A DNA stretch of 59,905 bases. Origin: a virus. Taxonomy: Duplodnaviria > Caudoviricetes. Made by a program: the position numbers and the translations under genes. The stretch is from IMG/VR virus record IMGVR_UViG_3300020152_000026, positions 1 through 59,905 of that record, one strand, 5' to 3'. Below are positions 38,711 to 48,231 of the stretch, one piece after another. Position 1 is the stretch's first letter. Every line of letters starts with the position of its first letter. Below the pieces are notes generated by a model that did not search any database, had not been told where the DNA came from, and saw nothing but the letters and a program-made list of their open reading frames with translations.

Positions 38711-38843
38711 AAATAGTGCAATAGTTTTCACTATTTATTTTAGAAAATATCTATATTTGGTGAAATTGCACAAAACAAAAGTGATTATTAGTGCATTATA
38801 ATTTTATAAAACTCTTGAAAAGTGTTCTAAAGTACACTATAAT
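38711..38843 (+). promoter_or_regulatory. lysis/lysogeny switch: three operators and a rightward sigmaA promoter
   Basis: AGTG-N10-CA(C/T)T at 38715, 38780 and 38821; TTGAAA(38815)-N17-TATAAT(38838) with the third operator filling the spacer. Confidence 0.75.
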
Positions 38844-38872
38844 ATACATATAAAGTGAAAGGCGGTGAACAA

Positions 38873-39076
38873 ATGGTCAAAGGTCTAGGCGAAAAAATAA
38901 AAGCACTTCGCAAAGCAAAAAACATTTCTCAAGAACAACTCTCAAAAATGTGCAATGTCAGCAGAAGAACAGTTATAAATGCTGAAACAAGCAAAAAGAT
39001 TCCAACATTAAGTACCTTAGAAAAACTTGCATCAGGATTAGACACAACGATTGACAACTTGATAACTAATAATTAA
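38873..39076 (+). CDS. Cro-like XRE HTH protein
   Basis: LGEKIKALRKAKNISQEQLSKMCNVSRRTVINAE..PTLSTLEKLA. Confidence 0.85.
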   Translation: MVKGLGEKIKALRKAKNISQEQLSKMCNVSRRTVINAETSKKIPTLSTLEKLASGLDTTIDNLITNN

Positions 39077-39091
39077 ACGGAGGGGTATTAT

Positions 39092-39184
39092 ATGTTACAA
39101 ATGATAGTCATTGATGAAGAAGTAACAACCCAAGAGCAGGAATCAATTTTAAACGGAAGTAATGAAAACACTTCCCCAGTATGA
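39092..39184 (+). CDS. 30-aa acidic peptide
   Basis: GGAGGGG RBS; MLQMIVIDEEVTTQEQESILNGSNENTSPV. Confidence 0.45.
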   Translation: MLQMIVIDEEVTTQEQESILNGSNENTSPV

Positions 39185-39241
39185 AGTATATCCAAAAAGT
39201 TAGACTTTTAGAACATAAATTTTTTAAAAGTGAGGTGAAAA

Positions 39242-39424
39242 ATGATGAAAGAGAATAATAAAAATTCAAATTTAGTATCAGCCAAAACAATAGTTGTAGG
39301 TGATATTGATCTTGTTGAAATATTAAAAAGAGTTGAAGAATTAGAAAAAAAAGTAGCTGAACTTGAAGGCAATCAAGAACAGCCTAAGAAAAGTGATTTG
39401 CAATTTGCTACTGTTAAATTTTAG
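39242..39424 (+). CDS. small coiled-coil hypothetical protein
   Basis: RBS GAGGTG; KRVEELEKKVAELEG. Confidence 0.55.
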   Translation: MMKENNKNSNLVSAKTIVVGDIDLVEILKRVEELEKKVAELEGNQEQPKKSDLQFATVKF

Positions 39425-39630
39425 TTAGACTTACTTTTCATAAAGATCATTTTACAATCTGAACAATGATAAGTGTCTATTAACAGTACTTGAGTTCCGT
39501 TGCTTTGTTGTAAGTTAGCGTTTACAGTTGGCAACACAAAAGATTTTGTTCCTTGTGGTGGTTCTACTTCTGAAACATTATGCTTACCACAAAAAGGGCA
39601 TTCGCGTTCTTTGAGTTTTTGGTCAATCAA
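39421..39630 (-). CDS. small Zn-ribbon protein on the opposite strand
   Basis: TTG at 39630 after AGGGAGGTGA; CPFCG..HCSDC; TGTCGAA box upstream. Confidence 0.65.
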   Translation of the reverse strand: MIDQKLKERECPFCGKHNVSEVEPPQGTKSFVLPTVNANLQQSNGTQVLLIDTYHCSDCKMIFMKSKSN

Positions 39631-39697
39631 TGTAATCACCTCCCTTCGACAAAATTTTACCATTGTTGAGGGAGAATGTAAACAAAGGAGGGTAACG

Positions 39698-40432
39698 ATG
39701 TCAAGTCTAATTCAAATCAACAACGATTCGGAAAGACAAACAACAAGTGCAAGGTCGTTATGGGAGTTTTTGGACAAGCCGTATGATAAATTTACAAAAT
39801 GGTTTGATAAGTTTAAGGAATATGGCTTTGGTGAAAACGAAGATTTTAGAGAAGTGTGTACAAAAATCCACACATCTAATGGAGCAGAACATGATGCAGT
39901 TGATTATGAAATAACTATTGATATGGCAAAAGAATTATCAATGCTGCAGAGGTCGGAAAAAGGCAAACAAGCAAGACAATATTTCATTGAACTTGAAAAG
40001 CAATGGAATACACCAGAAGCAATTTTTGCAAGAGCATTGAAGATGGCAAACAATAAACTGCTTGAAATGAAGAATGTCGTTATTAATCTTGAAACTAAGA
40101 TTGAAGAACAAAAGCCATTAGTACTATTCGCTGAAACATGTATAGCTTCAAATGACAGTTTGCTAGTCCGTGAGGTTGCAAAGTTAGCAAGTAAGAAAGG
40201 AATTAACATCGGCGAAAAAAGGTTATGGAAGAAGCTAAGAGAGTGGGAAGTAGTGAATGGTCATAACGAGCCATACCAAAGAGCTTTTGATGCTGGGTGG
40301 TTTGAAACAAGGCAAGGTTCATATAGCACACCTTATGGTACAGAAACATATCGCACATACAAGGTTACACCAAAAGGGCAGATATACATAATCGAAAGGT
40401 TAAGGAAAGAAATGGAATACATTTCAGCATAA
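39698..40432 (+). CDS. phage antirepressor (AntA/AntB plus KilAC domains)
   Basis: SARSLWEFL..ITIDMAKELSMLQRSEKGKQARQYFIELEKQWN; KPLVLFAE..IGEKRLW..VTPKGQIYI; ATG 39698 after GGAGGG. Confidence 0.9.
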   Translation: MSSLIQINNDSERQTTSARSLWEFLDKPYDKFTKWFDKFKEYGFGENEDFREVCTKIHTSNGAEHDAVDYEITIDMAKELSMLQRSEKGKQARQYFIELEKQWNTPEAIFARALKMANNKLLEMKNVVINLETKIEEQKPLVLFAETCIASNDSLLVREVAKLASKKGINIGEKRLWKKLREWEVVNGHNEPYQRAFDAGWFETRQGSYSTPYGTETYRTYKVTPKGQIYIIERLRKEMEYISA

Positions 40433-40445
40433 GGAGGGGCAAGCC

Positions 40446-40712
40446 ATGAAGCGAATATTTAACGGTGTAGCAATATTTTTAACCTGCGTTGCACTCTGTA
40501 TAGCATTTACATCTGTAGACTTCTACAAAAGGCAATGCGGCTCACTACAGAGCGAATACGAAGCAGCAAAGGCGAGGGTAATGAGTTTAGCTGTGCATAA
40601 TGAGGACTTGGAGAAAGAGAACGTTCAGTTGCGGAATGATCTTAAAGAAACATCGGACAGGCTTACATATCTACAAGAGCAGTATGAGCCGTTTATAAAA
40701 ATATTAAAGTGA
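40446..40712 (+). CDS. membrane-anchored coiled-coil protein
   Basis: N-terminal hydrophobic helix followed by a coiled coil. Confidence 0.6.
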   Translation: MKRIFNGVAIFLTCVALCIAFTSVDFYKRQCGSLQSEYEAAKARVMSLAVHNEDLEKENVQLRNDLKETSDRLTYLQEQYEPFIKILK

Positions 40713-40718
40713 GGTGGT

Positions 40719-41108
40719 TTGATGGGACATGGTAGAGAAAAGTCGGAACCAGTAATTAATATTCATGGCATCGAATATGTACACTCTGACATAGCAGTTG
40801 AAAGTTTGTTCACAAATAGAAATACGCTTTTGAAATACACTAAACTTGGAATGCCATTTATAAAGATTAAGGGTAGAAATTACTTCGATATTAACCAATG
40901 TCAACAATGGATAGAAAGGAGAGATAATATGCCGGACGAAATGAAGCAATGGGAAGATGTCAGTAGAATAATAGATAATCTTCTTAAAAAGTCAAAAGCA
41001 GAAGTACATGCAAAGGCTGTAGATGCACTAGAAGCTATTGCAGCAGAGAATGATATTACAATGGTTAAGAAATTGGCAAAGCACTACATAGAAGAATTTA
41101 AGAGATAA
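40719..41108 (+). CDS. excisionase-like (HTH_17) protein with C-terminal extension
   Basis: RNTLLKYTKLGMPFIKIKGRNYFDINQCQQWIE. Confidence 0.55.
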   Translation: MMGHGREKSEPVINIHGIEYVHSDIAVESLFTNRNTLLKYTKLGMPFIKIKGRNYFDINQCQQWIERRDNMPDEMKQWEDVSRIIDNLLKKSKAEVHAKAVDALEAIAAENDITMVKKLAKHYIEEFKR

Positions 41109-41182
41109 AAAAAGTGCCATATTAAAAGGCACAAATAAAATTATTGTTACTTGAATTATAAATCAGAGAGGGGTAAAAGTCA

Positions 41183-41980
41183 ATGGATAAAGGTTATAAG
41201 GTTTTTAATCCAAATTGGACATGTCAAGGATACCAATATGAGGTTGGCAAAACGTTTGAAATAGCTGGTAAATTAGAAATATGTTCAAACGGATTTCATT
41301 TCTGTAATAAAGCAAGTGATTGCTTTAATTATTATAGTTTTGATAGCAAAAATAAGGTTGCTGAAATAATTGCACATGGCGAAGTTATAACAGATGGCAA
41401 TAAGTCATGTACAAGCAAAATTGAGATTGTGAGAGAAATACCATGGCATGAGTTACTAACGATTGTTAATGAAGGATCAGATAATACAGGACTTTGTAAC
41501 ACTGGCAACTGTAACACTGGCAACTGGAACACTGGCAACTGTAACACTGGCAACCGGAACACTGGCAACTGTAACACTGGCGACTGGAACACTGGCAACC
41601 GGAACACTGGCGACTGTAACACTGGCGACTGGAACACAACAAATTTTTCAAGCGGTGTATTTTGCACAGAAGAAGCAAAGGCATTATTTTTTGATAAAGA
41701 ATCAGATATTAAACTTAACGATTGGTTTAGTCATGATGCAAGATACATATTAAATCGTATACAAACTGTGTTTTGGTGTTGTTCTGAAGATATGACAGAA
41801 CAAGAAAAAGAATTACATCCTGAACATGAAATAACAGGAGGTTTTTTGAAAACCGTTAACCATGTAGAAGCTGCTGAAAAGTGGGTTAGTGAGTTAGAAG
41901 AATACGAGAAAGAGATAATTAAATCAATACCTAACTATGATGCAGAAAAGTTTTTTAATATAGTTGGTGTTAGGTTATAA
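41183..41980 (+). CDS. pentapeptide (NTGxx)-repeat protein of Firmicute phages
   Basis: GYKVFNPNWTC..YEVGKTF..GFHFC N-domain, about 10 NTG(N/D)(C/W/R) units, HEITGGFLK..IPNYDAEKF. Confidence 0.85.
   Translation: MDKGYKVFNPNWTCQGYQYEVGKTFEIAGKLEICSNGFHFCNKASDCFNYYSFDSKNKVAEIIAHGEVITDGNKSCTSKIEIVREIPWHELLTIVNEGSDNTGLCNTGNCNTGNWNTGNCNTGNRNTGNCNTGDWNTGNRNTGDCNTGDWNTTNFSSGVFCTEEAKALFFDKESDIKLNDWFSHDARYILNRIQTVFWCCSEDMTEQEKELHPEHEITGGFLKTVNHVEAAEKWVSELEEYEKEIIKSIPNYDAEKFFNIVGVRL
41483..41637 (+). repeat. 15-bp tandem repeat (about 10 units)
   Basis: aacactggc(a/g)ac(tgt/tgg/cgg) repeated. Confidence 0.9.
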
Positions 41981-41997
41981 GAAAGTCAAGGGAGGTT

Positions 41998-42312
41998 TTG
42001 AAATTGCAATTCAATAATTCAAGTATAAGCATTGGTGACACTGACATAATCGAAGCAAAGTTTGAACCGTTGAAGGATAACGGAACAATAACCATTATTG
42101 ATAAAAATTATTGTAGTATAACATTTGAAATGAGCAGGGAACAAGCCGAGAATCTTTATAAATCTATTGATAATCAGTTGTATGATGAATCTTATGTGAA
42201 GATGGAGGACAGGCTCACAAGGCAAATAATAGCGTTAGAAACAAAATTGGAAGAAGTCAAAGGACAATTAGAACTTGCAACAATGACACCAGCAGAAAGG
42301 TGCGGTTTTTAA
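41998..42312 (+). CDS. hypothetical protein
   Basis: RBS GGGAGG; early operon. Confidence 0.55.
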   Translation: MKLQFNNSSISIGDTDIIEAKFEPLKDNGTITIIDKNYCSITFEMSREQAENLYKSIDNQLYDESYVKMEDRLTRQIIALETKLEEVKGQLELATMTPAERCGF

Positions 42313-42515
42313 TGGACGTTACAAAATTATCTAATGACGGTTTAATGTTTTTCTATTTCAGCAATAAAAAGCAAATGGACTTACTTTATAAGCAACAGAA
42401 AGATATTGAATCAGAGATAGCAAGCCGTATTGATAATATGAGAATTAAGGCACAAAAGGGAGAATTAATCATTAAGGAGAGTGATGATATTGAATCTATT
42501 CCAAAAGCTGATTGA
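42312..42515 (+). CDS. hypothetical protein
   Basis: ATG overlapping the upstream TAA. Confidence 0.5.
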   Translation: MDVTKLSNDGLMFFYFSNKKQMDLLYKQQKDIESEIASRIDNMRIKAQKGELIIKESDDIESIPKAD

Positions 42516-43128
42516 GGTCAGAAAGGTTGTTCCATATCTACAAAAAGAAAATGCAGGTAACCAATACAAATATGTTAGCAGCTCTCAGGTATTAGCAAAT
42601 GTAAGAGCAATGATGGACGAATTAGGTTTGTTGTTAGTACCTTCTGTAGAAGATCACAAGGTGTCAACCGAAACAATAGAGTACATGGAAAAAGAAAAGC
42701 CTAAAAAGACTACTACATATTTTACTGAATTGGTTATGACAATGACTTGGATTAATGCTGAAAAGCCGGAAGAAAAAATATCTTGTAACTGGTACGGTCA
42801 AGGTGTAGACATAGCAGGTGAAAAGGGAGTTGGCAAGGCACTAACATACGCTGAGAAGTATTTCATGCTTAAATTCTTTAACATTGCTACGGATAAAGAT
42901 GATCCCGATACATTCCAGGAGAAGCATGAGCCTGAAGTAAAAATAGACCAAACTAAAGTCAATGCATTAATGGCTATGGCAACACAAAAGGGTGCTTCTG
43001 ATGATTGGATTAAAAAGAATATTAAAGCTAGGTACGGTCACGATAGCAAAAAAGACTTAACAACATCACAGTTCAAGGAGTTAATGGACTATCTCGCAAC
43101 ATTACATGATAAGAAGAAGGGAGAATAA
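42481..43128 (+). CDS. ERF-family single-strand annealing protein
   Basis: LFQKLIEVRK..YKYVSSSQV..GEKGVGKALTYAEKYFMLKFFNIAT..DDPD. Confidence 0.88.
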   Translation: MMILNLFQKLIEVRKVVPYLQKENAGNQYKYVSSSQVLANVRAMMDELGLLLVPSVEDHKVSTETIEYMEKEKPKKTTTYFTELVMTMTWINAEKPEEKISCNWYGQGVDIAGEKGVGKALTYAEKYFMLKFFNIATDKDDPDTFQEKHEPEVKIDQTKVNALMAMATQKGASDDWIKKNIKARYGHDSKKDLTTSQFKELMDYLATLHDKKKGE

Positions 43129-43129
43129 C

Positions 43130-43483
43130 ATGATTAATATTAAAGAAGGTCAAAAAGCAACAGTATTTTCAGTAGAAGATAAAGGAACATACATAAAGGC
43201 GAAGTTAAGCACATCTAGGAAGGATAAGCAAAAAGATGAATGGGTTAATTCTAGTTGGTTTACAAGGTTTGTCGGTAAGGCAAAGGATATGGCTAAAGGG
43301 TTGCAGGATAAGGACAAGATCACTCTTGTAAATGCAGCTATTGAAAATGTATATGACAAGGATAAAAAGCAATCGTTTCTATCTCTTGTAGTGTTTAAGT
43401 TTGAATGTGAAGGTGGAAGTAAACCAAATGAAACACCAAGCGGATTTATTCCAATAGATGACGATTCTGACCTTCCGTTCTGA
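43130..43483 (+). CDS. ssb: single-stranded DNA-binding protein
   Basis: OB-fold-like, FTRFVGKA, acidic C-terminus DDDSDLPF; follows ERF. Confidence 0.8.
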   Translation: MINIKEGQKATVFSVEDKGTYIKAKLSTSRKDKQKDEWVNSSWFTRFVGKAKDMAKGLQDKDKITLVNAAIENVYDKDKKQSFLSLVVFKFECEGGSKPNETPSGFIPIDDDSDLPF

Positions 43484-43550
43484 TAAAACAGTCTTCATTA
43501 ACAACAATGTACCAACAACTATATAAATCTGCTAGTAAAGGGGTGAGAGA

Positions 43551-44249
43551 GTGGCAGAAACAAAAAGCTATTATGCAATTATACCTGCAAATGTAAGATA
43601 TGATGAAGAATTAACGGCTAATGCTAAATTGTTGTATGGTGAAATTACAGCATTATGTAATGAACAAGGCTATTGCTGGGCAACAAATGAATACTTTTCA
43701 CAACTATACAATGTTAGCAAGGTTTCAGTATCAAAATGGATTAACCAATTAGCAGATAAAGGATATATAAAATCAGACATTAACTACAAAAAAGGTACTA
43801 AAGAAATCTTAAATAGGTATTTAAGAATTGTTAATGACCCTATTAAAGAAAAGTTTAATACCCCTATTAAAGAAAACTTTAAAGATAATATTACATTACT
43901 TAATAATACATCTAATAACATATCTCTACAAATTAAAAATTTGCGTAAAAGGTATCCTGATTCTCAACTAAAAACCATTGATGAATATTTATGTATTTTA
44001 AGATGGACTAGGCAGAATGGCAAAATCGCAGATAGCGTTATATTAAAAATATATCAAGAGTGGGAGAAGTTCAAACCTGATAAAGTTATCTATGCATTGG
44101 AAATTTATATTAATAATCCTAAATATCATGATAAAAAAGAAAACTATTGTTATGGGATTATGAGAAATGCAAAGGATAGCGAAGTTTATCAAGAAGAACG
44201 TGAAGATACAAACGGAAAGATAGTCGATGGTAAGTACATTTATATTTAG
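43551..44249 (+). CDS. phage replication initiator (HTH_36-like)
   Basis: YYAIIPANVRYD..LTANAKLLYGEITALCN..GYCWATNEYF. Confidence 0.88.
   Translation: MAETKSYYAIIPANVRYDEELTANAKLLYGEITALCNEQGYCWATNEYFSQLYNVSKVSVSKWINQLADKGYIKSDINYKKGTKEILNRYLRIVNDPIKEKFNTPIKENFKDNITLLNNTSNNISLQIKNLRKRYPDSQLKTIDEYLCILRWTRQNGKIADSVILKIYQEWEKFKPDKVIYALEIYINNPKYHDKKENYCYGIMRNAKDSEVYQEEREDTNGKIVDGKYIYI
43838..43883 (+). repeat. direct repeats inside the initiator gene (putative lytic origin)
   Basis: ccctattaaagaaaa(g/c)tttaa twice, 24 bp apart, in an AT-rich context. Confidence 0.6.
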
Positions 44250-44255
44250 TGAGGG

Positions 44256-46262
44256 GTGAGTACCTTGTTGGAAACATTAAAACTATTCTATCAAGATGGT
44301 GACATCATAGAAGTAAGAGTAATAGGCAAGGTTACTTCATCGGGTTACTTCAACAGTATAGAAAAGGCTGCAACAGAAGCGAAAAGATATGACGGTAAAG
44401 TCAATGTTTACTTTGTACTTAATAAAATCAATCCAGCTTGTTATCACAGGGAAAACAGAGACAAGATAATTGATAAGGCGGCCAGTACATCTGACAATGA
44501 TATAGAACGTAGACAATGGATATTATTAGACTTTGACCCAAAGAGAGCAAGCAAAACAAGTTCTACAGATGCAGAAAAGCAATTATCAGAAGAAGTAATG
44601 AAACAAGCCGGAGCATATTTGAGAAGTAAAGGATTTAAAAAGCCTGTGATAGCTGATAGCGGTAACGGTTGGCATTTGCTGTATAGAATTGATATGCCGA
44701 ACGATAATGACAGTAAAAAGATCGTTGAAAATTTCTTAAAAGCCTGTGACATGCTATTCTCCACTGAAAAGGTTGAAGTTGATATATCAGTATTTAATGC
44801 TTCGAGGATAACAAAATTGTACGGTACTATGGCGGTAAAAGGTGCAGATACAAAAGAAAGACCACACAGGAGAAGCAAAATAACATACAAACCTGACATT
44901 ATAGAGGTAACAGAAACATCTAAAATAAAGGCAATAGCTGATATGCTACCGAAGCCAAAGCGAATCGATACAGAATTTAGCATTGATGATTTTATCAGTA
45001 AACACGGTATAAAGGTCAAAAAAATTTCAAGTTGGACAGGCGGTAGAAAGTTTGTATTAGAACAATGTCCTTTTGATTCTGCACATGGCAAAGATAGCGC
45101 AATAATTCAATTAAGTTCAGGTGCATTAGTGTTTCACTGCTTCCATAACGGTTGTGCATATAACGGTTGGAAAGAGTTAAGGGAGTTATATGAGCCTGAA
45201 TCTGAACGGTCAGAATATAAGCAGCAGGACCGAAAAGAATACAAACCAAAGCCGGAAGTAAATTTATCTCCAACAGTATCTAAAACACTAGACGAAAAAA
45301 CAATTGCAATTCTAAACAAAGCTAATCCAGTAAAGGATATTAAGCCATTTGACCGCAAAAACATTGAAGTCTTTTCGCTAGGCATTGATAGCCTTGATTC
45401 ACAGCTTGAAATTATATTCGGTAAGTTGATTGTCGTAACAGGTGTAAATGGTTCTGGTAAATCAACAGTATTAGGACAGATAATGCTTGAATCACTAGAA
45501 CAAGGGCATAACCCATTTGTATATTCAGGAGAGTTAAAAGCTGACGAATTTCAATACTGGGTAGACTTGCAAGCTGCCGGAAGTGATAACCTCATAAAGA
45601 AAATCAGTAAAAAAGGCAAGGAATACTATGAGATTAATAAACAAGCAAGAGATAAAATCCATGAATGGTATGCCGATAGGTTCTATCTATATAACAACGA
45701 AGAAAGCATGAAATATCAAGATATGTTACTAACAATCGAAGCATACGTTGAACACAGAAATTGCCGAGTAATATTTTTAGACAATTATATGACACTTGAT
45801 ATATCAAGCCTAGCAGATAAAGAACTTGAAGCACAGACAAAATTTATATGGAGCCTTGTACAGTATGCAAAGAAAAAGAACGTATTAATATTCCTTGTTA
45901 TTCACCCAAGAAAGATTTACGAGGGTATATGCACTAAGCAAGATGTATTGGGTACTGGTAACTTCTCTAATGCCATTGATTATATGTTGATAGTACATAG
46001 GGTTAATGAAGCATTCAGAAATCATTTAGAAAAACGGAAGATATCAAAAGACCTAAAGGAAGTATTTAAAAGTTCAAGTAACATTATTGAAATTGGCAAA
46101 GACCGTTGGAGTGGTAGAGAAGGCTTAAATATCCCATTGAAATACTGTGAAGATAACAAAAGGTTAATTGATATTTATGATCCTGAAAGCAGATATAAGC
46201 AGTATAGTTGGGATAAATCAGACTTTAAAGAAGTGCCAATTACAAAAGATATGCCATTTTAA
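44256..46262 (+). CDS. primase-helicase fusion (AEP-like primase, Zn finger, SF4 helicase)
   Basis: LLDFD, DSGNGWHL, CPF..CFHNGC, TGVNGSGKST, IFLDN, VIHPRK, KDRWSG. Confidence 0.85.
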   Translation: MSTLLETLKLFYQDGDIIEVRVIGKVTSSGYFNSIEKAATEAKRYDGKVNVYFVLNKINPACYHRENRDKIIDKAASTSDNDIERRQWILLDFDPKRASKTSSTDAEKQLSEEVMKQAGAYLRSKGFKKPVIADSGNGWHLLYRIDMPNDNDSKKIVENFLKACDMLFSTEKVEVDISVFNASRITKLYGTMAVKGADTKERPHRRSKITYKPDIIEVTETSKIKAIADMLPKPKRIDTEFSIDDFISKHGIKVKKISSWTGGRKFVLEQCPFDSAHGKDSAIIQLSSGALVFHCFHNGCAYNGWKELRELYEPESERSEYKQQDRKEYKPKPEVNLSPTVSKTLDEKTIAILNKANPVKDIKPFDRKNIEVFSLGIDSLDSQLEIIFGKLIVVTGVNGSGKSTVLGQIMLESLEQGHNPFVYSGELKADEFQYWVDLQAAGSDNLIKKISKKGKEYYEINKQARDKIHEWYADRFYLYNNEESMKYQDMLLTIEAYVEHRNCRVIFLDNYMTLDISSLADKELEAQTKFIWSLVQYAKKKNVLIFLVIHPRKIYEGICTKQDVLGTGNFSNAIDYMLIVHRVNEAFRNHLEKRKISKDLKEVFKSSSNIIEIGKDRWSGREGLNIPLKYCEDNKRLIDIYDPESRYKQYSWDKSDFKEVPITKDMPF

Positions 46263-46276
46263 GGTGAGGTGTTTAG

Positions 46277-46627
46277 ATGGTTATGGTAGGAGGTTTGGAA
46301 GTATCTGAGGAAGATGCAGAACGATTAAAAAAATTAGTTAAGGACAGGGCGAAAGCTACAGCTTATGAGATTAAACAAAAGGCTTATGATTTGTCTCTTG
46401 CAGGTTTTAAAAACGGATTTGGCAAGGAATGGTGCATAGAGTTTATAAAATCATTTGCAGAAGGTACGGAGCAAGAACAGTTATATTTATTCGATGATCT
46501 GATTGACTTGTATTGCAGATATGAATTGAAGTTGTACACGCTTGACGAGTGCAAAGTAAAGGTTAATGAGTACATACAGAAGTTTATAACAAAAATGTAC
46601 ATGAAGGAGGTAGGCAATAGTGAGTGA
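46277..46627 (+). CDS. hypothetical protein
   Basis: RBS GAGGTG; in operon. Confidence 0.55.
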   Translation: MVMVGGLEVSEEDAERLKKLVKDRAKATAYEIKQKAYDLSLAGFKNGFGKEWCIEFIKSFAEGTEQEQLYLFDDLIDLYCRYELKLYTLDECKVKVNEYIQKFITKMYMKEVGNSE

Positions 46628-46781
46628 TCTTGAAAAGCAATTGAGAGATTTGAGAAATCAGATTATTAAAAAGTCGATGGAAGTAGAAGCATTTGCTAAA
46701 AGGCTTACAGATTTACGTGATGAACATACAAGCCTAATGAATGAGATTGCAGCATTAGAAGCATTGGGGGCGGTGAAATGA
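46620..46781 (+). CDS. small coiled-coil protein (53 aa)
   Basis: GTG after AGGAGG; MSDLEKQLRDLRNQ..; overlaps the recU start. Confidence 0.5.
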   Translation: MSDLEKQLRDLRNQIIKKSMEVEAFAKRLTDLRDEHTSLMNEIAALEALGAVK

Positions 46782-47281
46782 ATTCCGGAAAGTTATTTGA
46801 AAGAGACTTTAAAGACAGCATACCAAAAGAATTATTTTTCTACAGGCTGCGTGACGGTACGGCAAGTTTTGGCGGCAGCAGCGATAATGTACGATTCCAA
46901 GCGTCCAATATTTGTGATTGCGTACTGTTTGATAATCGGACACAGAACAGAAAATTATTATTACTAGAGTTGAAGTCGCACAAAGGTAAGTCAATACCGT
47001 TAAGCTGCATACGTCCTAACCAAATGATTGAATTAGCAAAAGCGAATATGTGCAAGGGTGTTTATCCTGGGATAATATTTAACTTCCGTGATGCTGCAGA
47101 AACATACTTTGTAATGATTGATGAAATTGCAAGTTTCACAGCACTAACAGAAAGAAAGTCAATCCCTATTAATTGGATTAGAGAAAAAGGAATACACATA
47201 CCGCAACAGTTAAAGAAAGTTCGATACAGGTATGACATTGAAACATTCTTAGAAAGATTGGAGAGTGTGCATCGTGAATAA
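46778..47281 (+). CDS. recU: RecU-like Holliday junction resolvase
   Basis: NSGKLFERDF..YRLRD..NICD..LELKS..RKSIP. Confidence 0.8.
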   Translation: MNSGKLFERDFKDSIPKELFFYRLRDGTASFGGSSDNVRFQASNICDCVLFDNRTQNRKLLLLELKSHKGKSIPLSCIRPNQMIELAKANMCKGVYPGIIFNFRDAAETYFVMIDEIASFTALTERKSIPINWIREKGIHIPQQLKKVRYRYDIETFLERLESVHRE

Positions 47282-47468
47282 AGCCGAGGTAGTTATAACG
47301 ATTTTCTTTGTGGTGTTCTCAATAGCATATTACATATGGTGCAAAAAAGAGAATCAAAAGTGATTTAAACGCTCTGTGTTCGATTTTAGTAATGAGCAAT
47401 ATAACTTGTCCAAAGTAAAATAAAAATTGAATGTATGAGGAAACAATTAACAAATCGGGGGTGTTTTA

Positions 47469-47654
47469 TTGGAGGTATTCGAGTATGCAGTACAAGTAAG
47501 GATTTATTTCGAAATGGGTAAGCAAGTCGTACTAGATCACATAAAGAAACAAGGCAGCAAAGGAAACATGGCAATATATGAAGATTACAACGGTAAGCAA
47601 TATCTTGTTATGTTGGACAAGGTAACAATGATAGAAATGGCAGGCGAGAGCTAA
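47469..47654 (+). CDS. hypothetical protein
   Basis: ORF with RBS GGGGGTG. Confidence 0.45.
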   Translation: MEVFEYAVQVRIYFEMGKQVVLDHIKKQGSKGNMAIYEDYNGKQYLVMLDKVTMIEMAGES

Positions 47655-47697
47655 ATATGGGATTAGCGAAAATTTACAGTAAGGGGGTTACGGTTAA

Positions 47698-48036
47698 ATG
47701 AGGAAGTATAATTTTGAGAAAGCAAAGCAAATTATTGAATTAGAGAAGGAAACCATAGAAAGTGTATCAATGGGTATGCATGAAGATTGGTTCTGGACTG
47801 CCGAAACTGTATATGAAAATGGTGAGTATACAAAGTTACTGGAACCTAATACCAACATAGGCGGTATACAAGGTTCTGTGTGGGCAACACCTTGTATGAG
47901 GATAAGCTATATAGATGGTACTGAAAAATGTATAAGTTGCTACCAAGGTGAAAAAGAAAGTGCAAAACCATCGTATTTAGAATTAGGGTGCTTATCAAGC
48001 CCATGTCAAGATAATATGCCGGATATAATTGATTAA
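47698..48036 (+). CDS. hypothetical protein
   Basis: GMHEDWFWTAETV..GSVWATP motif; RBS. Confidence 0.6.
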   Translation: MRKYNFEKAKQIIELEKETIESVSMGMHEDWFWTAETVYENGEYTKLLEPNTNIGGIQGSVWATPCMRISYIDGTEKCISCYQGEKESAKPSYLELGCLSSPCQDNMPDIID

Positions 48037-48060
48037 ACAAATGTTTAGTGAGGTGTGAAG

Positions 48061-48231
48061 ATGAAAGAATTGAAAGGCTGGGAAGGTTGGAAGACGGAAG
48101 AAGACAAGGAAAACATATTAAGAAACATTGTTCGTTGCGTTGTAACTCATGGCGGTGATAGTTATTCGGAATGTGCAAGAATGATTATTAAAGAGTTGGT
48201 CAAAGAAAATATTTGTAAGTACGGGGAATAA
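48061..48231 (+). CDS. hypothetical protein (56 aa)
   Basis: GAGGTG RBS; MKELKGWEGWKTEEDK.. Confidence 0.5.
   Translation: MKELKGWEGWKTEEDKENILRNIVRCVVTHGGDSYSECARMIIKELVKENICKYGE

Noticed and set aside
39500-39697. N-terminal extension of the antirepressor in the ORF track
   Set aside because: Overlaps a real minus-strand gene; RBS and domain start point to ATG 39698
41483-41637. CRISPR array or DGR template/variable repeat
   Set aside because: Contiguous in-frame 15-bp units with no unique spacers; no cas or reverse transcriptase gene in the window
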